DNA of 64,000 nt from Macrostomum hystrix (Eukaryota > Animalia > Platyhelminthes). Both the position numbers and the translations under genes were made by a program. The stretch covers positions 1,798,001-1,862,000 of the forward strand of contig CATNEN010000033.1 of NCBI GenBank assembly GCA_950097015.1. Direction: 5' to 3'. Below, piece after piece: positions 60,801-64,000 of this stretch; the stretch's first letter is position 1; every line of letters starts with the position of its first letter. The notes under the pieces are model-generated. The model saw nothing but the letters and a program-made list of their open reading frames with translations, was not told where the DNA came from and searched no databases.

Positions 60801-61257
60801 GATTCGTGTTTGAGCAAGCATGATCTCACCTGTACTTTAGCATAGTGTTCTGCGCATTCTGGTAGTTGGTCATAGGCTTCCGGAAGCTGTAAATCTTCTG
60901 CATCAGGAAGTCCCTAATCTTGGAGATGGCCTTCAGTTTGAGCTTGTCCAGGATGTCTCCAACATCGCCGCATGACCGGACCTCCTTGTAGGACTGCTCC
61001 TTGACGAAATTTATCTTGTGGTTGAGCTCATGAAGTTGCTCCAAGAAATGGCGCTCGGTGACTGGCGTGTCCAGGATGTGACTGATCATCTGCTCCGGCA
61101 CCACCATTTCGTCCACGAACTGGCTGAGCTCGCCGCGAACTGCCTGGCGATTCTTCAGCTTCACATTCATGCGCACGGACTCGTGCTGGAGCTGCTGGAT
61201 CTCCTGGCTCATGTTGCCCAGGTCCGACTGAAACTCGCACAGCATCGCCTCCATGCG
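57801..61257 (-). CDS. VPS52: GARP/EARP complex subunit Vps52, 5' exons not found in this window
   Basis: [27 protein letters not shown]; FRKPMTNYQ; YFKEYQNRL; [22 protein letters not shown]; [13 protein letters not shown]; CLINNYD; LIQYYTRL; exons ~61257-60830, ~60200-59889, ~59370-59080, ~58990-58290, ~57945-57801. Confidence 0.93.
57990..58258. repeat. 18-bp tandem repeat in a VPS52 intron
   Basis: acagacacagacaggtac units. Confidence 0.95.
59570..59875. repeat. Degenerate 21-bp tandem repeat in a VPS52 intron
   Basis: tgacaggtgaataacagtgat units. Confidence 0.85.
60335..60765. repeat. 24-bp tandem repeat in a VPS52 intron
   Basis: ataatgacctcaaggaaaccaggg units. Confidence 0.95.
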
Positions 61258-61284
61258 CTGCGGGTGGGTGGCACTCAGCTGATG

Positions 61285-62580
61285 ACCTCAGGGAAACAGG
61301 GGACTGCTATGGAGAATGACCTCAGGGAAACAGGGGACTGCTATGGAGAATGACCTCAGGGAAACAGTGGACTGCTATGGAGAATGACCTCAGGGAAACA
61401 GGGGACTACTATGGAGAATGACCTCAGGGAAACAGTGGACTGCTATGGAGAATGACCTCAGGGAAACAGGGGACTGCTATGGAGAATGACCTCAGGGAAA
61501 CAGGGGACTACTATGGAGAATGACCTCAGGGAAACAGTGGACTGCTATGGAGAATGACCTCAGGGAAACAGGGGACTGCTATGGAGAATGACCTCAGGGA
61601 AACAGGGGACTACTATGGAGAATGACCTCAGGGAAACAGGGGACTGCTATGGAGAATGACCTCAGGGAAACAGGGGACTGCTATGGAGAATGACCTCAGG
61701 GAAACAGGGGACTGCTATGGAGAATGACTTCAGGGAAACAGTGGACTGCTATGGAGAATGACCTCAGGGAAACAGGGGACTACTATGGAGAATGACCTCA
61801 GGGAAACAGGGGACTGCTATGGAGAATGACCTCAGGGAAACAGTGGACTGCTATGGAGAATGACCTCAGGGAAACAGGGGACTGCTATGGAGAATGACCT
61901 CAGGGAAACAGGGGACTGCTATGGAGAATGACCTCAGGGAAACAGGGGACTGCTATGGAGAATGACCTCAGGGAAACAGTGGACTGCTATGGAGAATGAC
62001 CTCAGGGAAACAGTGGACTGCTATGGAGAATGACCTCAGGGAAACAGTGGACTGCTATGGAGAATGACCTCAGGGAAACAGGGGACTGCTATGGAGAATG
62101 ACCTCAGGGAAACAGGGGACTGCTATGGAGAATGACCTCAGGGAAACAGTGGACTGCTATGGAGAATGACCTCAGGGAAACAGTGGACTGCTATGGAGAA
62201 TGACCTCAGGGAAACAGTGGACTGCTATGGAGAATGACCTCAGGGAAACAGGGGACTGCTATGGAGAATGACCTCAGGGAAACAGGGGACTGCTATGGAG
62301 AATGACCTCAGGGAAACAGTGGACTGCTATGGAGAATAACCTCAGGGAAACAGGGGACTGCTATGGAGAATGACCTCAGGGAAACAGTGGACTGCTATGG
62401 AGAATGACCTCAGGGAAACAGGGGACTGCTATGGAGAATGACCTCAGGGAAACAGGGGACTGCTATGGAGAATGACCTCAGGGAAACAGGGGACTGCTAT
62501 GGAGAATGACCTCAGGGAAACAGGGGACTGCTATGGAGAATGACCTCAGGGAAACAGGGGACTGCTATGGAAAATGGGGC
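61285..62580. repeat. 34-bp tandem repeat (1.3 kb) in a VPS52 intron
   Basis: atgacctcagggaaacaggggactgctatggaga units. Confidence 0.97.
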
Positions 62581-63479
62581 TGCTACGGAGTATGACCTCA
62601 GGGAAACAGGCAAATCTCAGGGACAATGACCTGAAGGATGCGATTTGAGCTGATTTTAGAATTTTCTAGCTAGAATTTTTTTATTATTACTGACAGTAGC
62701 GCGGCTAGCTCTCAAATGCAGCCGTATTGTGGCAAAACGGAGTCACATGACACCCTAATGGTACAGAGATTGAGCTTGTCCAGCAACATTACAGCTTGAA
62801 GAATATTGCGGGATAGCGGAATAGGACATGCAGAATGTATTCAAATGCTTGCCCGCCTCTCTATCATTGTGTCCTGAGGGAAGCATAACTGATGTCCCGC
62901 CAATGTCTCCCATCTGGTCAGTCGGCGCTCAGCGTGTAAGTGGAGCCATGTCTGTGATATGCTGCAGTAGAATGAGGCTGAAAATTGCTAATTTAATTCT
63001 GCACCTATGCTAGCAGAGTAACTTAAGTGTGCTCTGCGAATTCGCGTTTTGGCACGATTCGGAATGCATCGATATACTCCTATGAGCTGCGTGAGAGAGA
63101 GCAAAGAGCATAGCAAATACAACTCCCTTCTCTGTCTCCCGCTTCCTGAGCAGATTTGGAGAAGCAATAGGACTGCTGCTCACGGCATGGGTGAGGCGGG
63201 CCAGGGAAGCCTCGAGCAGCCGCTGGGCACAGATGCATTGAGCCTACTTAGGATACACTCGCATGGCAGCAGGGCTCTACTGGCAAGGGAGAAGGTCAGC
63301 TCAGGCAAGGAAAGGCCAGACAGGCGAGCACACAAGCTGGATTGAGGTCTGGGGAAGCCAGGGAGCGACCCCACCCCCTGCAGAAGCAGAAAACTGCAGC
63401 GCGGAATACACAGCAGAACTTTTAGGCAAACCTTAAGGCCCGGCTGCGACATCCACCCGCTCTGCCTTCCCTCCCAGCC

Positions 63480-64000
63480 TGACATCACCCCCTGCCTCAC
63501 TCCCATCAGCCTCTGCCTCACACTCCCATCAGCCCTGCCTCACACTCACATCAGCCCCTGCCTCACACTCCCATCAGCCCCTGCCTCACACTCACATCAG
63601 CCCCTGGCTCACACTCACATCAGCCCCTGCCTCACACTCCCATCAGCCCCTGCCTCACACTCCCATCAGCCTGCCTCACACTCCCATCAGCCTGCCTCAC
63701 ACTCCCATCAGCCTGCCTCACACTCCCATCAGCCTGCCTCACACTCCCATCAGCCCCTGCCTCACACTCCCATCAGCCTGCCTCACACTCCCATCAGCCT
63801 GCCTCACACTCCCATCAGCCCCTGCCTCACACTCACATCAGCCCCTGCCTCACACTCCCATCAGCCCTGCCTCACACTTCCATCAGCCCCTGCCTCACAC
63901 TCACATCAGCCGCTGCCTCACACTCCCATCAGCCCCTGCCTCACACTCACATCAGCCCCTGCCTCACACTCACATCAGCCCCTGCCTCACACTCCTCTCC
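63480..64000. repeat. 22-24-bp tandem repeat running off the window end
   Basis: cctgcctcacactcccatcagccc units. Confidence 0.95.

Noticed and set aside
37801-62580. Many 60-220-aa ORFs with periodic sequence (for example 37818-38219, 38794-39315, 43830-44961, 50154-51318, 57859-58249, 60307-60829)
   Set aside because: Translations of intronic tandem repeats that happen to lack stops
62690-63480. Candidate upstream VPS52 exons or a separate gene (ORFs 63049-63345, 63180-63521)
   Set aside because: No match to the expected Vps52 N-terminus and no recognisable motifs
36558-64000. Regular 20-41-bp repeat arrays resembling CRISPR
   Set aside because: Units are head-to-tail with no unique spacers, there are no cas genes, and the context is eukaryotic introns

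Overview
Eukaryotic (animal) genomic DNA. GC-rich exons, CAG-rich tracts and minisatellite-filled introns suggest the flatworm Macrostomum lignano, which is an inference. The window has two halves. (1) About 1-35 kb is a mobile-element graveyard dominated by seven co-oriented (+ strand) Crypton-type tyrosine-recombinase (YR) genes or relics from at least three subfamilies. These are interleaved with long imperfect hairpins, a recurrent CCATAGAC motif, two IS630/Tc1-like transposases, two LINE fragments and an SF3-helicase (CRESS-Rep/NS1-like) relic, all on +, plus two very young Ty3/gypsy LTR elements on -. (2) About 36-64 kb holds host genes PEX5, WASHC1 and TFCP2-like (all -), SPATA4 (+) and VPS52 (-, 5' partial). 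Most introns of PEX5, WASHC1, TFCP2 and VPS52 carry their own tandem repeat, and one TFCP2 intron holds a 5'-truncated Penelope element ending in a minimal hammerhead ribozyme. The strongest candidate for an undescribed system is the strand-polarised multi-YR array with its palindromic sites and adjacent SF3 helicase.
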